In this document: positions 35,467 through 45,531 of the stretch, piece by piece | How the letters are laid out: every line of letters starts with the position of its first letter | How positions within the stretch are numbered: position 1 is the stretch's first letter | Source: Acidobacteriota bacterium | Lineage (GTDB): Bacteria > Acidobacteriota > Terriglobia > Bryobacterales > Bryobacteraceae | Direction of reading: 5' to 3' | Assembly (NCBI GenBank): GCA_016213755.1 | Contig: JACQZT010000200.1 | Coordinates: 2,710 to 66,709 of the forward strand | Length of the DNA stretch: 64,000 nucleotides | Made by a program: the position numbers and the translations under genes | The notes under the pieces: generated by a model | Databases searched by the model: none | What the model was told of the DNA's origin: nothing | What the model saw: the letters and a program-made list of their open reading frames with translations, nothing else

Positions 35467-35565
35467 ATTCCAGCATACGCCCGAGCGCCTGCCGGGAAAA
35501 GCTCTTTTTCATACCGCCTCCCGTCGAGTTGAGGATATACTATCTGCCACGGCAGGTGAAACCTC

Positions 35566-36597
35566 ATGAAATCTCTGGATCGACGTTCCTTCTTGACCGC
35601 CGCGGTCTTGGCCCAGGCGCCGCGGGACTGGAGCGGCAAGACTCCGGTGCGCTACCCCGATCCCGACGTGGTGGTTTTGGACCCGCGTTTCGCAAAATAC
35701 AAGGTCGGCAACACGCCCATTCAGCGCCTGTACACGGGAGCGCTGTGGGCCGAAGGCACGGCCTGGAGCGGCGTGGGCCGCTACCTGGTGTGGAGCGACA
35801 TACCCAATAACCGGCAGATGCGCTGGCTGGAGGAAGACGGCCACGTCAGCCTGTTCCGCTCGCCTTCCGGATACAGCAACGGGAACACCTTCGACTGGGA
35901 AGGGCGGCAGATTTCCTGCGAACACGGCCACCGGCGCGTGGTGCGCTACGAGGCCAACGGCACGGCGACCGTGCTCGCCGACAAGTGGCAGGCGAAGCCG
36001 TTCAACGCGCCCAACGACGCCGTGGTTCACCCGGACGGTGGCATCTGGTTCACCGACCCCGGCTACGGCAGCCTCGCCAACTACGAGGGCTTCAAGGGCA
36101 CGCTCGAACTGAAGGAAGCCGTGTACCGCCTGGATGCCAAGACCGGCAAACTCGGTCTGGTTACCGACGCCGTCTTCAAGCCCAACGGCCTGTGCTTCTC
36201 GCCGGACTACAAGAAGCTCTACGTCGCCGACACCGGCGCCTCGCACTACCCCCGGGCGCCCAAAAACATCCAGGTTTTCGACGTGACGGATGGCGTAAAA
36301 CTGCGCGGCGGCCGCCAGTTCGTCTCGATGGAACTCGCCGGCAAGGGCGCGGGGATGGCGGACGGGATCCGCGCGGACGCGGACGGTAATATCTGGGCCG
36401 CGGCGGGCTGGGTGGGGGAAGGATACGACGGAGTGCACGTTTTCGCGCCCAGTGGAGAGCGCATCGGGATGATCCTGCTGCCGGAAATCTGCGCCAACCT
36501 CTGCTTCGGCGGCAGCCGCCGGAACCGGCTCTTCATGGCCGCCAGCCAGTCCCTCTACGCCGTCTACGTCGAAACCCAAGGCGCCCACCCCGCTTAA
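35566..36597 (+). CDS. SMP-30/gluconolactonase/LRE-family beta-propeller hydrolase with Tat-like signal
   Basis: MKSLDRRSFLTAAVLAQA. EGTAWSGVGRYLVWSDIPNNR, NAPNDAVVHPDGGIWFTDP, PNGLCFSPD and DGIRADADGNIW. Confidence 0.85.
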   Translation: MKSLDRRSFLTAAVLAQAPRDWSGKTPVRYPDPDVVVLDPRFAKYKVGNTPIQRLYTGALWAEGTAWSGVGRYLVWSDIPNNRQMRWLEEDGHVSLFRSPSGYSNGNTFDWEGRQISCEHGHRRVVRYEANGTATVLADKWQAKPFNAPNDAVVHPDGGIWFTDPGYGSLANYEGFKGTLELKEAVYRLDAKTGKLGLVTDAVFKPNGLCFSPDYKKLYVADTGASHYPRAPKNIQVFDVTDGVKLRGGRQFVSMELAGKGAGMADGIRADADGNIWAAAGWVGEGYDGVHVFAPSGERIGMILLPEICANLCFGGSRRNRLFMAASQSLYAVYVETQGAHPA

Positions 36598-36692
36598 AAA
36601 CCCCGTCAGCCTGATCTACCCGGGTTTTCGGCTGGAACATTTCAGATCCGTTTACGTCTATCACAGTCTGGCGGACGTTTCGGGGTTCGACG

Positions 36693-38267
36693 ATGGCCCA
36701 ACCGACCTCTCTCAAAACGATTGACTTCCCCGGGTCCGAGGGTGGATCGCGGGTGGTGAGATCTGCCGCGGATCGTTTGGATTCCTGGAAGGAAATCGCC
36801 GCGCACCTGCGCCGGGGCACCCGCACCGTCCAGCGCTGGGAACGCGAACAGGGCTTGCCCGTGCACCGTTTGCGTCATGAACTGGGAAGCACGGTGTACG
36901 CCTACCGTTCCGAGCTCGACGCCTGGATGGCGCGCCAGCGCACCCTGGTCGAACACGACGCCGGAACGGACGAAGACCTGGGTCCCTCCGTCGCCGTGCT
37001 GCCCTTCACCGACATCAGCCGCGAGAAGGACCAGGAGTATTTCTGCGAGGGCATGGCCGAAGAGATTCTCAATGCCCTGTCGCGCCTCCAGGGACTGCGC
37101 GTGGCCTCCCGCATGTCCTCCTTTCAATGCAAGAACGCGCCCGCCGGCAGCCGCGAGATCGGCCGGCGGCTGCGGGTCAGAACGCTGCTCGAGGGCAGCG
37201 TGCGCAAGGCGCAAAACCAACTGCGGATTGCCGCCCAGCTCACCGACGCCGAAACCGGCTATCAGCTTTGGGCGGGAACCTACGACCGCGAGCTGAGCGA
37301 CGTTTTCGCGGTTCAGGAGGAGATCGCCCACAGCATCGTCGAAAAACTCGAGGTGACGCTCAGCGCCGAGGAGAGCGGCGCCCTGCGCCAAGCTCCCACG
37401 CGCCACTTCGAGGCGTACGACTGCTATCTCCGCGGCCGCAAATTCTACTATCACTACAACCGCCGCGACGTCGAATTCGCCATCCAGTTGTTCTCGCGCG
37501 CCATCCAACTGGACCCCGCGTTTGTGCTGGCGCACGCCGGCCTGGCCGATTGCTGGTCGTACATTTACATGTACGCGGCGCGGACCGAAGACGCGCGCCG
37601 CCAGGCCGACGAGGCCAGCCTGCGGGCGGTGGAACTCGACTCCCGCTCGGCGCAGGCTCAGGCTTCGCGCGGGCTGTCGCTCTCGCTGAGCTGGCGCGAC
37701 GAAGACTCCGAGAAGGCCTTTGAGCTGGCCGTTCGCCTGGATCCGAGTCTCTTCGAGGCCCATTACTTCTACGCCCGCCACCGATTCGCCCGAGGAGAGC
37801 TGGAGCGGGCCATCGAGTTGTACGAAAAGGCCGTGCGCGTGCGTCCGGAGGACTACCAGTCGCCGCTGCTGATGGCGCAGAGCTACGAGGCCCTGGGCCG
37901 GCCGGAGCGGGCGCGAGCCGCGCGCGAGCGCGGCATCCGCCTCGCCGAGGAGCAACTCCAAGCCAATCCCGACGACACCCGCGCTATGTACATGGCGGCC
38001 AACGGTCTGGTCGGCCTGCGGGAACTTGGCCGCGGCTTGGCGTGGGCCGAGCGCGCCATCGAGCGCCAGCCGGAGGAACCGATGGTGCTGTACAACGTCG
38101 GTTGCGTCTACGCGCTGGCGGGGAAACTCGACCCGGCTCTGGAAGTCCTGGAGCGGGCGGTGGAGAATGGTCTCACCCAGAAGGGCTGGTACCTTCACGA
38201 CAGCAATCTGGACCCCTTGCGCGCCCTGCCGCGCTTCCAGGCCTTGCTCGCCCGGCTCGATTCCTAG
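36693..38267 (+). CDS. Regulatory-type protein: N-terminal HTH-like segment + TolB-N-like domain + TPR repeats
   Basis: SWKEIAAHLRRGTRTVQRWEREQGLPVHR is HTH-like. SVAVLPFTDISREKDQEYFCEGMAEEILNALSRL is a TolB_N-like module. The C-terminal half consists of TPR repeats. Confidence 0.75.
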   Translation: MAQPTSLKTIDFPGSEGGSRVVRSAADRLDSWKEIAAHLRRGTRTVQRWEREQGLPVHRLRHELGSTVYAYRSELDAWMARQRTLVEHDAGTDEDLGPSVAVLPFTDISREKDQEYFCEGMAEEILNALSRLQGLRVASRMSSFQCKNAPAGSREIGRRLRVRTLLEGSVRKAQNQLRIAAQLTDAETGYQLWAGTYDRELSDVFAVQEEIAHSIVEKLEVTLSAEESGALRQAPTRHFEAYDCYLRGRKFYYHYNRRDVEFAIQLFSRAIQLDPAFVLAHAGLADCWSYIYMYAARTEDARRQADEASLRAVELDSRSAQAQASRGLSLSLSWRDEDSEKAFELAVRLDPSLFEAHYFYARHRFARGELERAIELYEKAVRVRPEDYQSPLLMAQSYEALGRPERARAARERGIRLAEEQLQANPDDTRAMYMAANGLVGLRELGRGLAWAERAIERQPEEPMVLYNVGCVYALAGKLDPALEVLERAVENGLTQKGWYLHDSNLDPLRALPRFQALLARLDS

Positions 38268-38310
38268 TCCGGGCGGATGTTAAGATCGGCACACGGACGC
38301 ATTTCGCTCT

Positions 38311-38658
38311 ATGCCGATCTACGAATACCGATGCCAAGACTGCCGCCGGCGCGTCAGCGTCTGGGTGCGGCGGATGGGAGAGGAAGCCGAAAGCTGCCCG
38401 CACTGCGGGGGCCGTCGTCTGGAACGTCTGGTTAGCCGGTTCGCGCTGGCGCGCAGCGACGAATCCCGCCTGGAGCACCTGACCGGCGACGCCGCGCTGG
38501 CAGGGGTCGATGAAAACGATCCCAAGAGCGTGGCCCGCTTCATGAAGCGCATGGGCCAGGACCTCGGCGAAGACGCCGGCCCGGAGTTCGAGCAAGCCAT
38601 CGAGGAGATGGAACACGGCGGCCCCGAGGCCGGCGAAGACACCACCGCCCCGGTCTGA
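38311..38658 (+). CDS. FmdB-family zinc-ribbon protein
   Basis: MPIYEYRCQDC...CPHCG (CxxC...CxxC) with an acidic C-terminal tail. Confidence 0.8.
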   Translation: MPIYEYRCQDCRRRVSVWVRRMGEEAESCPHCGGRRLERLVSRFALARSDESRLEHLTGDAALAGVDENDPKSVARFMKRMGQDLGEDAGPEFEQAIEEMEHGGPEAGEDTTAPV

Positions 38659-38695
38659 GCCAGCACGCCGCCGGCGGGTGTTATAGGCTGCTCTT

Positions 38696-40249
38696 ATGGT
38701 CTGTCGCATTGCTGCCTCGCTGGGCTTCTGTCTCCTCCTCGCCGGGCAGGAGAGGATCGATTCCGACGTCAACGACAGGATCCGCCAGGAGGCCATGGAG
38801 AACTCCCGGATCCGCCGGACGGTGCATTACCTCACGGATGTTGCCGGGCCCCGCTTGACGGGCTCGCCGCAGTGCCGGGCCGCCAGTGAATGGGCGGCCA
38901 GACAGATGAGCGAGTGGGGCCTGTCGGACGCGCGGTTGGAACCTTGGGACTTCGGCCGGCACGGCTGGTCCAATCAGCGCGTCGCCGCTTTCCTCACCGC
39001 CCCGGTCGAAGACACGCTGGTCGGCAAGGCGCTGCCTTGGACGCCGGGCACCGATGGAACGGTCACGGGCCAGTGCGTGCAACTGATTCCGCCGGAAAAC
39101 CCCGTGCAGGAGCAGTTCACGGCCTGGATCGAGGGCCAGCGGGAGATCGTCCGCGACAGGATCGTGCTCGTCGGCAGGCACACGGAAGTGCCGGTGAACT
39201 TCAAGCCTCCCGCGCTCCGGCTGGAGGCGGACTTGACCCTCCTGCGCCCGGCGCCGGCCGCGCAAGCCGCCGTCCCTCTCACCGCGCAGCAGATCGGCGA
39301 CCAGATCGACCGCTTTCTAAGAGACAACCGCGCCCTGGTGCGGGTCAACGATTCAGCCCGGCCGCTGGGACAGGTTCGCGCTTCGCAGAACCGGGCCTAC
39401 GACATCACGCAGGTTCCTCCCACGCTGATCCTCCGCAACGAGGATTTCGGGCGCATCTCACGCCTGCTGGAGGAGGGGCTGGCGGTGGAGATGGAAGTGC
39501 AAATCGCCAGCCGTACCCATCCCGAAGGCCGCACCGCGTACAACGTCCTGGCGGATATCCCAGGCGGCGACAAGCGCGACGAGATCGTGATGCTGGGCGG
39601 CCACATCGATTCGCTGGACGGGGCCACCGGCGCGACCGACAACGCGACCGGCGCCGCGGTCATGATGGAAGCCGCGCGCATCCTCAAGGCTCTTGGCGTC
39701 CAGCCGCGGCGCACCATCCGCCTGGCGCTGTGGGGCGGCGAGGAGCAGGGGCTGCTGGGCTCGCAGGCCCACGTGAGAGAGCAGTTCGGAACCGCCGAAT
39801 CGCCTAAACCGGCCTTCTACAGGCTGGCCGCCTGCTTCAATCTCGATTCCGGCACCGGACGCATCCGCGGCCTTTCGGTGTTCGGCCCGCCGGCGGCGGC
39901 CGCGGCCCTGAACGAGATCGTCCAGCCCTTCGCTCGCTGGGGGGTTGCCGGGGCGGCCGGCTCGCGCTCGCGCCGCCTGGGCGGCTCCGACCACACCTCG
40001 TTTGCTGCCGCGGGACTCCCGGGGATCGGCTTGTTGCAGGACCCCATCGAATATCCAACCTCCACCTGGCACACCAATCTGGACGCCTACGAGCGCATCG
40101 TCGAGGACGATCTGAAGCAAGCCGCCATGGTGGTGGCCTCCGCGGTCTATCATCTGGCGATGCGCGAGCAGATTCTGCCGCGCTTCGCGCCTTGGGAACT
40201 GCCCCGGCCGGGCACCGAGGCCGCATCGCCGGCCGCGGCCGGCCCTTGA
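38696..40249 (+). CDS. Secreted M28-family metallopeptidase (aminopeptidase) with PA-like insert
   Basis: Signal peptide. MLGGHIDSLDGATGATDNATGAAVMMEAARIL, WGGEEQGLLGS and GGSDHTSFAAAGLP (the zinc ligand blocks of M28). Confidence 0.85.
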   Translation: MVCRIAASLGFCLLLAGQERIDSDVNDRIRQEAMENSRIRRTVHYLTDVAGPRLTGSPQCRAASEWAARQMSEWGLSDARLEPWDFGRHGWSNQRVAAFLTAPVEDTLVGKALPWTPGTDGTVTGQCVQLIPPENPVQEQFTAWIEGQREIVRDRIVLVGRHTEVPVNFKPPALRLEADLTLLRPAPAAQAAVPLTAQQIGDQIDRFLRDNRALVRVNDSARPLGQVRASQNRAYDITQVPPTLILRNEDFGRISRLLEEGLAVEMEVQIASRTHPEGRTAYNVLADIPGGDKRDEIVMLGGHIDSLDGATGATDNATGAAVMMEAARILKALGVQPRRTIRLALWGGEEQGLLGSQAHVREQFGTAESPKPAFYRLAACFNLDSGTGRIRGLSVFGPPAAAAALNEIVQPFARWGVAGAAGSRSRRLGGSDHTSFAAAGLPGIGLLQDPIEYPTSTWHTNLDAYERIVEDDLKQAAMVVASAVYHLAMREQILPRFAPWELPRPGTEAASPAAAGP

Positions 40250-40279
40250 GGGATTGTCCCCGGTTTATGCTGGAGGGGG

Positions 40280-41884
40280 ATGAGGCGATTGGTTTGTTTG
40301 TTGTGCCTGCCCCTGGCGCTGGCGGCCCAGGAACGCTGGAATGCGTTTCGGAGCGGGCCGTTTGAGGTTGTCACCACGGGCGGCGATAAGCCGGCGCGCG
40401 ACGTCCTGGTGGTGCTGGAGCAGTTCCGCCACACCTTCGGCACGCTGCTGAGCCGGCCGGAGATGGGCTCGTTGTGGCCGATCCGCGTGGTGGTCGAGCG
40501 CGGCGCGAAGACCACCGGCTTCGTCCTGGCGCGGGACGCCTGGATCGCCAGCATCGCGCCGGGCACGAGGGTCCCTCAACAGTGGCTGCGCGAGTGCGGC
40601 CGCATCCTGCTCGATTCCAGCGCGGGCCGCATGCCGCGGGAAACCGAGGAGGGCCTGCTGGAGATGTTCTCGACGCTGGATGTGCAAGTCACGCGCGTCA
40701 CTCTCGGCGCGCCACCGCCCGAACGAACCCCCGCCTGGCACCGGCTGCATCTGGTGGCCACCAACCCCGAGTACAGCGGCAAGCTGCGCGTGCTGCTGGC
40801 CAACCTTCAGCAAGGCATGGACGAGGATCCCGCCTGGCGCAACGCCTTCGGCAAGACGCGCGCTGAGATCGATCGCGAAACCGATACGCCCGCCACCATT
40901 GCGCTCTCCGGCCGCGCTATCGATCCGGAGTTCCACTTCCCGCCCCGCCCCGTCGAAGCGCCGCTGGCACGCGTCATCGCCGCCGATCTGCTGCCGGTGG
41001 ACGCGGCGCGCAGGGCCTACGACGCCCTGCCGGATTCCGCCGAAGCGCACGAAGGGCTCGGTTTTCTGCACCTGCGCGAGGGGAACGCCGCCGGGGCGCG
41101 CCGGCATTTTGCCAAAGCCATTGAACTGGGCAGCCGCAACGCGCGCGCGCACCTGGAGACCGGCGCCTTCGAGAGCGCGTCCAAGCTCAATCCGCGCTGG
41201 GCCGAGCCGTACCTGCGGCGGGCCGCGACCGAAAAGGACCCGCGCCGCCAGGCGCCGCTGCTGGCTATTGCCGCCAAGCTCGACCCGCGCAACGCCGCGG
41301 CGTGGAGCGCCCTGGCGCAGGCACAGTTCGGCGCCGGGCTGTTCTCGGAATCGGCCCGCTCGTGGATCGCCGCCGAGCGCGCGGCGGCCACCGAAGAGGA
41401 ACGTGCCGCCTTGCACCAAACCCGTCTGGGCATGGATCAACGGCGCTTGGACGCCGAAGCGGCCGAACGCAAACGCCTGGCCGGCGAGAAGGAACGCGAA
41501 CTGGAAAAACTCAAGAACGAAGCGCTGGAGCGCATCCGCGCCGCCGAGGCCAGGGCCGCGGGCGGCAACCCGCCCCTGGAACCCGGCCGCAAAGTGGAGG
41601 AATGGTGGGGCGACAACACCGGGCCGGGCGCGCGCGTCAACGGCGTGCTGGAACGGATGGACTGCCTGGGAGGCCCGGCGCGCCTGGCGATCCGCGCCTC
41701 CGACGGCAAGACCGTCCAACTTCTGATCCGGGATCCGTCCCAAGTGGTCATTGAAGGCGGCGGCGAACAGACCCTGCGCTGCGGCCCGCAAAAGCCGCCG
41801 CGCAAGCTCACCGCCGACTACACTCCGCGCGCGGACAAGAAGATGCAAACCTCGGGCGATGCCACCTTCCTGCGCTTCCAATAG
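40280..41884 (+). CDS. Secreted hypothetical protein with TPR-like and coiled-coil segments
   Basis: Signal peptide MRRLVCLLCLPLALAAQ. TPR-like HEGLGFLHLREGNAAGARRHFAKAIELGS. A charged coiled coil AERKRLAGEKERELEKLKNEALERIRAAEARA. Confidence 0.65.
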   Translation: MRRLVCLLCLPLALAAQERWNAFRSGPFEVVTTGGDKPARDVLVVLEQFRHTFGTLLSRPEMGSLWPIRVVVERGAKTTGFVLARDAWIASIAPGTRVPQQWLRECGRILLDSSAGRMPRETEEGLLEMFSTLDVQVTRVTLGAPPPERTPAWHRLHLVATNPEYSGKLRVLLANLQQGMDEDPAWRNAFGKTRAEIDRETDTPATIALSGRAIDPEFHFPPRPVEAPLARVIAADLLPVDAARRAYDALPDSAEAHEGLGFLHLREGNAAGARRHFAKAIELGSRNARAHLETGAFESASKLNPRWAEPYLRRAATEKDPRRQAPLLAIAAKLDPRNAAAWSALAQAQFGAGLFSESARSWIAAERAAATEEERAALHQTRLGMDQRRLDAEAAERKRLAGEKERELEKLKNEALERIRAAEARAAGGNPPLEPGRKVEEWWGDNTGPGARVNGVLERMDCLGGPARLAIRASDGKTVQLLIRDPSQVVIEGGGEQTLRCGPQKPPRKLTADYTPRADKKMQTSGDATFLRFQ

Positions 41885-43052
41885 ATGGATCGCGGTGGCG
41901 GTGATGGTGCTGGCCACCTCGCTCAGCTTCCTCGACCGGCAGGTGCTGGCCGCGCTGGCGCCGTCGCTCAAGCGGGAGTTCCATCTGAGCAACGAAGGTT
42001 ACGGCTGGGTGGTGGCGGCCTTCTCGCTGGCCTACGCGCTGGCGGCGCCGCCCATGGGCCTCGCGATCGACCGGCTGGGGCTCAACCGCGGCGCCGCGCT
42101 GGCAGTGGGGCTGTGGTCGCTGGCGGGCACGGCTACCGGACTGGCGGGCGGACTGGCGAGCCTGGTGGCCTGCCGCGCCGCGCTGGGAGTGGCGGAAGCC
42201 GGCGGCATCCCCGCCTCGGGCAAGGCCTTCGCGTCCTACCTCAAGCCGCACGAGCGCGCCATGGGCACGGCTGTCAATCAGCTTGGCATCAGCCTGGGGC
42301 TGGTGGCCGCGCCGCTGTTTGCCGGCGCCATCGCCGGCCGGTTCGGCTGGCGCGCGGCGTTCGTCGCCACCGGTCTCGTGGGGTTCTTGTGGCTGCCGCT
42401 ATGGAGCGGTGTGACCCGGCGCATCCCGCCCGAAGCCGCATCGGCGGCCCCGCCCGCCACCGTGCGCCGCCTGCTGCGCGATCCGCGGCTATGGGGACTG
42501 GCCGTCGCCAACGTCCTGCTCATGACCGTTTACAGCCTGTGGATGAACTGGACCACCATCTACCTGGTCACGGCGCACGCGCTCAGCCAGGCGGAGGCCA
42601 ACCGGCGGCTGGCTTGGATCCCGCCCGTCTTCGCTTCGCTGGGCGGCTTGTGTGGAGGGTGGCTGTCGATGCGCTGGGCACGGGCGGGCGCCGGGGTCCA
42701 ATCGGCGCGCATGCGCGCGTCGCTGGTGAGCGCTGCGTTCCTGCTGGCGACCGCGGCGATACCCTGGATGCCCAGCGCCGGCTGGGCCACGGCCCTCATC
42801 TCACTCAGCTTCTTCTGGTGCGTGGCGATGAGCGCCAACCTGTATGCCATGCCGCTGGACCTGTTCGGCGCCGCGCGCGCGGCCTTCGCCGTGTCCGTGC
42901 TCACCTTCGCCTACGGCCTCATGCAGACCTTCGTGTCGCCGCTGTTCGGCCGTCTTATCGACCGCTACGGGTTCGAGCCGGTCTGCGTGGGGACGGCCGT
43001 GCTGCCGCTGGCCGCCGTGGGCGTGCTTCAATTGACGAGAGGAAGGTCTTGA
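41859..43052 (+). CDS. MFS transporter
   Basis: Internal ATG of ORF 41751..43052; it overlaps the previous gene by 26 nt. About 12 TM segments. Motif-A-like GLAIDRLGLNRG. Confidence 0.8.
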   Translation: MPPSCASNRWIAVAVMVLATSLSFLDRQVLAALAPSLKREFHLSNEGYGWVVAAFSLAYALAAPPMGLAIDRLGLNRGAALAVGLWSLAGTATGLAGGLASLVACRAALGVAEAGGIPASGKAFASYLKPHERAMGTAVNQLGISLGLVAAPLFAGAIAGRFGWRAAFVATGLVGFLWLPLWSGVTRRIPPEAASAAPPATVRRLLRDPRLWGLAVANVLLMTVYSLWMNWTTIYLVTAHALSQAEANRRLAWIPPVFASLGGLCGGWLSMRWARAGAGVQSARMRASLVSAAFLLATAAIPWMPSAGWATALISLSFFWCVAMSANLYAMPLDLFGAARAAFAVSVLTFAYGLMQTFVSPLFGRLIDRYGFEPVCVGTAVLPLAAVGVLQLTRGRS

Positions 43053-45094
43053 GGCAGCGGCTCAAGCAATGGCTGTTCGGTCTCGCCGGCAAGGACGCCG
43101 AGGCCGTCGTGGTGACGTTTCTTTCGGGCGACGCGGCGCCGGCGCGCGCCATGGCGGAGGAAATCCGGCAACTGATTCCGGACCGCGAGCATTTCACCGT
43201 GGAGCCGGTGCAGGGTTCCACTTGGCGCCTGTGGCGCGAACTGCGCCGGCGTTTCCGGCGCAAGCGCATCGGCATGGCGGCGGTGCTGTTCGGCTCCGGC
43301 TCGCGCCATCGCGCCCTGCGCCGGGCCGCATTCCTGCTTGCGCCCACCCGCATCCTGGCCTTTAACCGGCGCGGCGAACGGCACCATTTGAAGCTCTCTT
43401 CGTGGATCGCCTCGTGGCTGTTCCTGCGCGGCGTGCCGCTGGACCGCATCTGGCTGCGCCCCTGGTGGCTGTGCCCGTGGAAGAAGGACCGCAGCGTTTT
43501 CCCGCGCGATTGCCGCGTGCTGGCCGGCCGCCCGGCGTCGAGCGACCGGCGGCGCGTGGGCGTGGTGTCGCCCTACTTCCCGTACCCGCTCGCGCACGGC
43601 GGCGCGGTGCGCATTTTCCACCTGCTGCGCGAGATGGCGCGCGAGTTCGACGTCTACCTGTTCGCCTTCTCCGAACGGCAGCGCGACGAGGACCTGGCGC
43701 CGGTGCTGGAGTTCTGCACGCAGGCGGCGCTGCTGCCCGTGCCGCGCTATCGCGAGCCGCGCTGGTCGACGATCGCGCCGCCCGAGGTGCGCGAGTTCGG
43801 CTCGCAGCCCATGCGCGAGCTGGTCGCGCGCCTGCGCAAGGAGTGGAAGCTCGACCTGGTGCAGGTCGAGTACACCTATATGGCCGGCTACCCGGGCGAT
43901 GTGCTGGTGGAGCACGACGTCACCTTCGATCTCTACGACCAGGTTCGCCGCCGGCACCCCTCTCTCGGCGCCTGGTGGAACTGGCGGCGATGGGCATGCT
44001 TCGAGAGAAAAGCGGTGCGGCGCTACGCGCGCGTGGTGGTGATGTCGGACAAGGATGCGAGCCTGCTCCCGCGCGCCCAGACGCGCGTGATCCCCAACGG
44101 CGTCGATCTCGACCGGTTCCAGCCGGAACCGGAACCCGAGGGCCAAAGGCTCCTGTTCGTCGGCTCGTTCCGCCACTTCCCCAACCTCACTGCATACCGC
44201 TTTTTCATCCACCAAGTGTGGCCCGCGCTGCGGGACCGGTTCCCGGAGATGACCCTCACCGTGGTGGCGGGGCCGGACGGGCTGCGCTACCTGGGCGAAG
44301 CGCCGCCCCGCGACTCGCGCGTGCGCTTTCTGGAGTTCGTGCGGGACGTGCGGCCGCTGTATGCCGAAGCCAGCGTGGTGCTGGTCCCGACGCTCGAATC
44401 GGCGGGCACCAACCTGAAAGTGCTCGAGGCGATGGCCATGGAGCGGGCCGTGATCTCGACCAGCAGTGGCTGCGCGGGGCTGGGCCTGAAACACGGCGAA
44501 AGCGTCTGGATTGCCGGCACGGCGGAAGCCTTCGCCGCCGGGGTTTCGCAGCTTGTGGAGCAACCGGCGCTGCGCGCTCAACTGGCGCGCGCCGCCCGCC
44601 GCATCGCCGAGCAGCGCTTCGACTGGAAGGGGGTGGGCGGCGAGCAGCGCCGCCTGCTGCGGGAGTTGCTGGAGGAACCGGTGACGCTGCGGCCCGGCCA
44701 GCCGCGCGACCTGGAGCGCATGGCTCAGATCCAATCCGTTTCGCCCGAGGCCGCGCAATGGAAGCCGGACCGGTACTTGCCCTACGACACCGAAGTGGCC
44801 GAGGTGGGAGGACAGGTGGCGGCGTTCCTGGTTTCCCGCCAGACCGCGCCCGGAGAGAGCGAGATCCTGAACCTGGCCGTGGACCCGGACTTCCGCCGCC
44901 GCGGGCTGGCCAGCGCGCTGGTGCGGAGCGTGCAGCGCCGCCGGCCGGGCCAACTGTTCCTCGAAGTCCGGGAATCCAACCTGGCGGCGCAGGATCTGTA
45001 CGGCAAGCTCGGGTTCGACCGGGTCGGCCGCCGCCCGAAGTACTACGAGAACCCCCCCGAAGCGGCGGTTGTCATGAGATTAAAATCATGTTAA
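43049..45094 (+). CDS. Three-part fusion: about 150-aa N-terminal region of unknown function + GT4 glycosyltransferase + C-terminal RimI-like GNAT acetyltransferase
   Basis: In frame with ORF 41885..45094. Proposed TTG start at 43049, preceded by GAGAGGAAGG and overlapping the MFS stop codon (TTGA); an alternative ATG lies near 43151. GT4 blocks: [19 protein letters not shown] and [27 protein letters not shown] block: [20 protein letters not shown]...[19 protein letters not shown]. There is no stop codon between the GT and GNAT parts. Confidence 0.75.
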   Translation: MRQRLKQWLFGLAGKDAEAVVVTFLSGDAAPARAMAEEIRQLIPDREHFTVEPVQGSTWRLWRELRRRFRRKRIGMAAVLFGSGSRHRALRRAAFLLAPTRILAFNRRGERHHLKLSSWIASWLFLRGVPLDRIWLRPWWLCPWKKDRSVFPRDCRVLAGRPASSDRRRVGVVSPYFPYPLAHGGAVRIFHLLREMAREFDVYLFAFSERQRDEDLAPVLEFCTQAALLPVPRYREPRWSTIAPPEVREFGSQPMRELVARLRKEWKLDLVQVEYTYMAGYPGDVLVEHDVTFDLYDQVRRRHPSLGAWWNWRRWACFERKAVRRYARVVVMSDKDASLLPRAQTRVIPNGVDLDRFQPEPEPEGQRLLFVGSFRHFPNLTAYRFFIHQVWPALRDRFPEMTLTVVAGPDGLRYLGEAPPRDSRVRFLEFVRDVRPLYAEASVVLVPTLESAGTNLKVLEAMAMERAVISTSSGCAGLGLKHGESVWIAGTAEAFAAGVSQLVEQPALRAQLARAARRIAEQRFDWKGVGGEQRRLLRELLEEPVTLRPGQPRDLERMAQIQSVSPEAAQWKPDRYLPYDTEVAEVGGQVAAFLVSRQTAPGESEILNLAVDPDFRRRGLASALVRSVQRRRPGQLFLEVRESNLAAQDLYGKLGFDRVGRRPKYYENPPEAAVVMRLKSC

Positions 45095-45228
45095 TGTCGC
45101 AAGTGAAGGCGTTCGGTGAGAAGCTCTCGCAACGCTGTTATGAAGTCACTCGCGATCACCCCCGAGCCCCCAATTTCCTCACACCCTTACGACTCGGTGG
45201 GCGACCTCACAAGGAGGGATCCCCTACG

Positions 45229-45462
45229 ATGGAGAAGCAATTGGATGATCTCAAGGCGCATCTGATGAAGACGGACGGCGAGTTCCGGCGTCTGGCCGCC
45301 GAACACGCGCAGTACAAGAAGAAGGTCGAGGATCTGGAATCCCGGCCCTACCTCTCCGAAGACGAGAAGATCGAAGAGACCCGGCTCAAGAAGCTGAAAC
45401 TGCGTTTGAAGGACCAGATGATGGACATGCTAAACCGTTACCGCACGCAACAAGCGGTCTGA
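45229..45462 (+). CDS. DUF465 (YdcH-like) small coiled-coil protein
   Basis: [60 protein letters not shown] is typical of DUF465. The upstream part of ORF 43402..45462 is out-of-frame overlap and is rejected. Confidence 0.8.
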   Translation: MEKQLDDLKAHLMKTDGEFRRLAAEHAQYKKKVEDLESRPYLSEDEKIEETRLKKLKLRLKDQMMDMLNRYRTQQAV

Positions 45463-45487
45463 CGTCAGGTGCGCTGAATCCAACTCG

Positions 45488-45523
45488 AGGCCCGGCCCGC
45501 AAGAGCCGGGCCTTTCGTGTTTT
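45488..45523 (+). terminator. Rho-independent terminator after the DUF465 gene
   Basis: AGGCCCGGC-(8-nt loop)-GCCGGGCCT followed by TTTCGTGTTTT. Confidence 0.65.
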
Positions 45524-45531
45524 CCGGGATG

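Noticed and set aside
36642-38198. 518-aa minus-strand ORF
   Set aside because: It is antisense to the HTH/TPR protein gene and has shadow-ORF composition.
40265-41992. 575-aa minus-strand ORF
   Set aside because: It is antisense to the secreted TPR/coiled-coil protein gene.
43028-44953. 641-aa minus-strand ORF, and the 43402..45228 part of the 686-aa plus-strand ORF
   Set aside because: These are antisense or out-of-frame overlaps of the GT4-GNAT fusion gene. Only the last 77 codons of the 686-aa ORF (DUF465), with their own RBS, look real.
45459-45468. Perfect 10-bp palindrome CTGACGTCAG overlapping the DUF465 stop codon
   Set aside because: It is short enough to occur by chance and has no partner site or obvious context.
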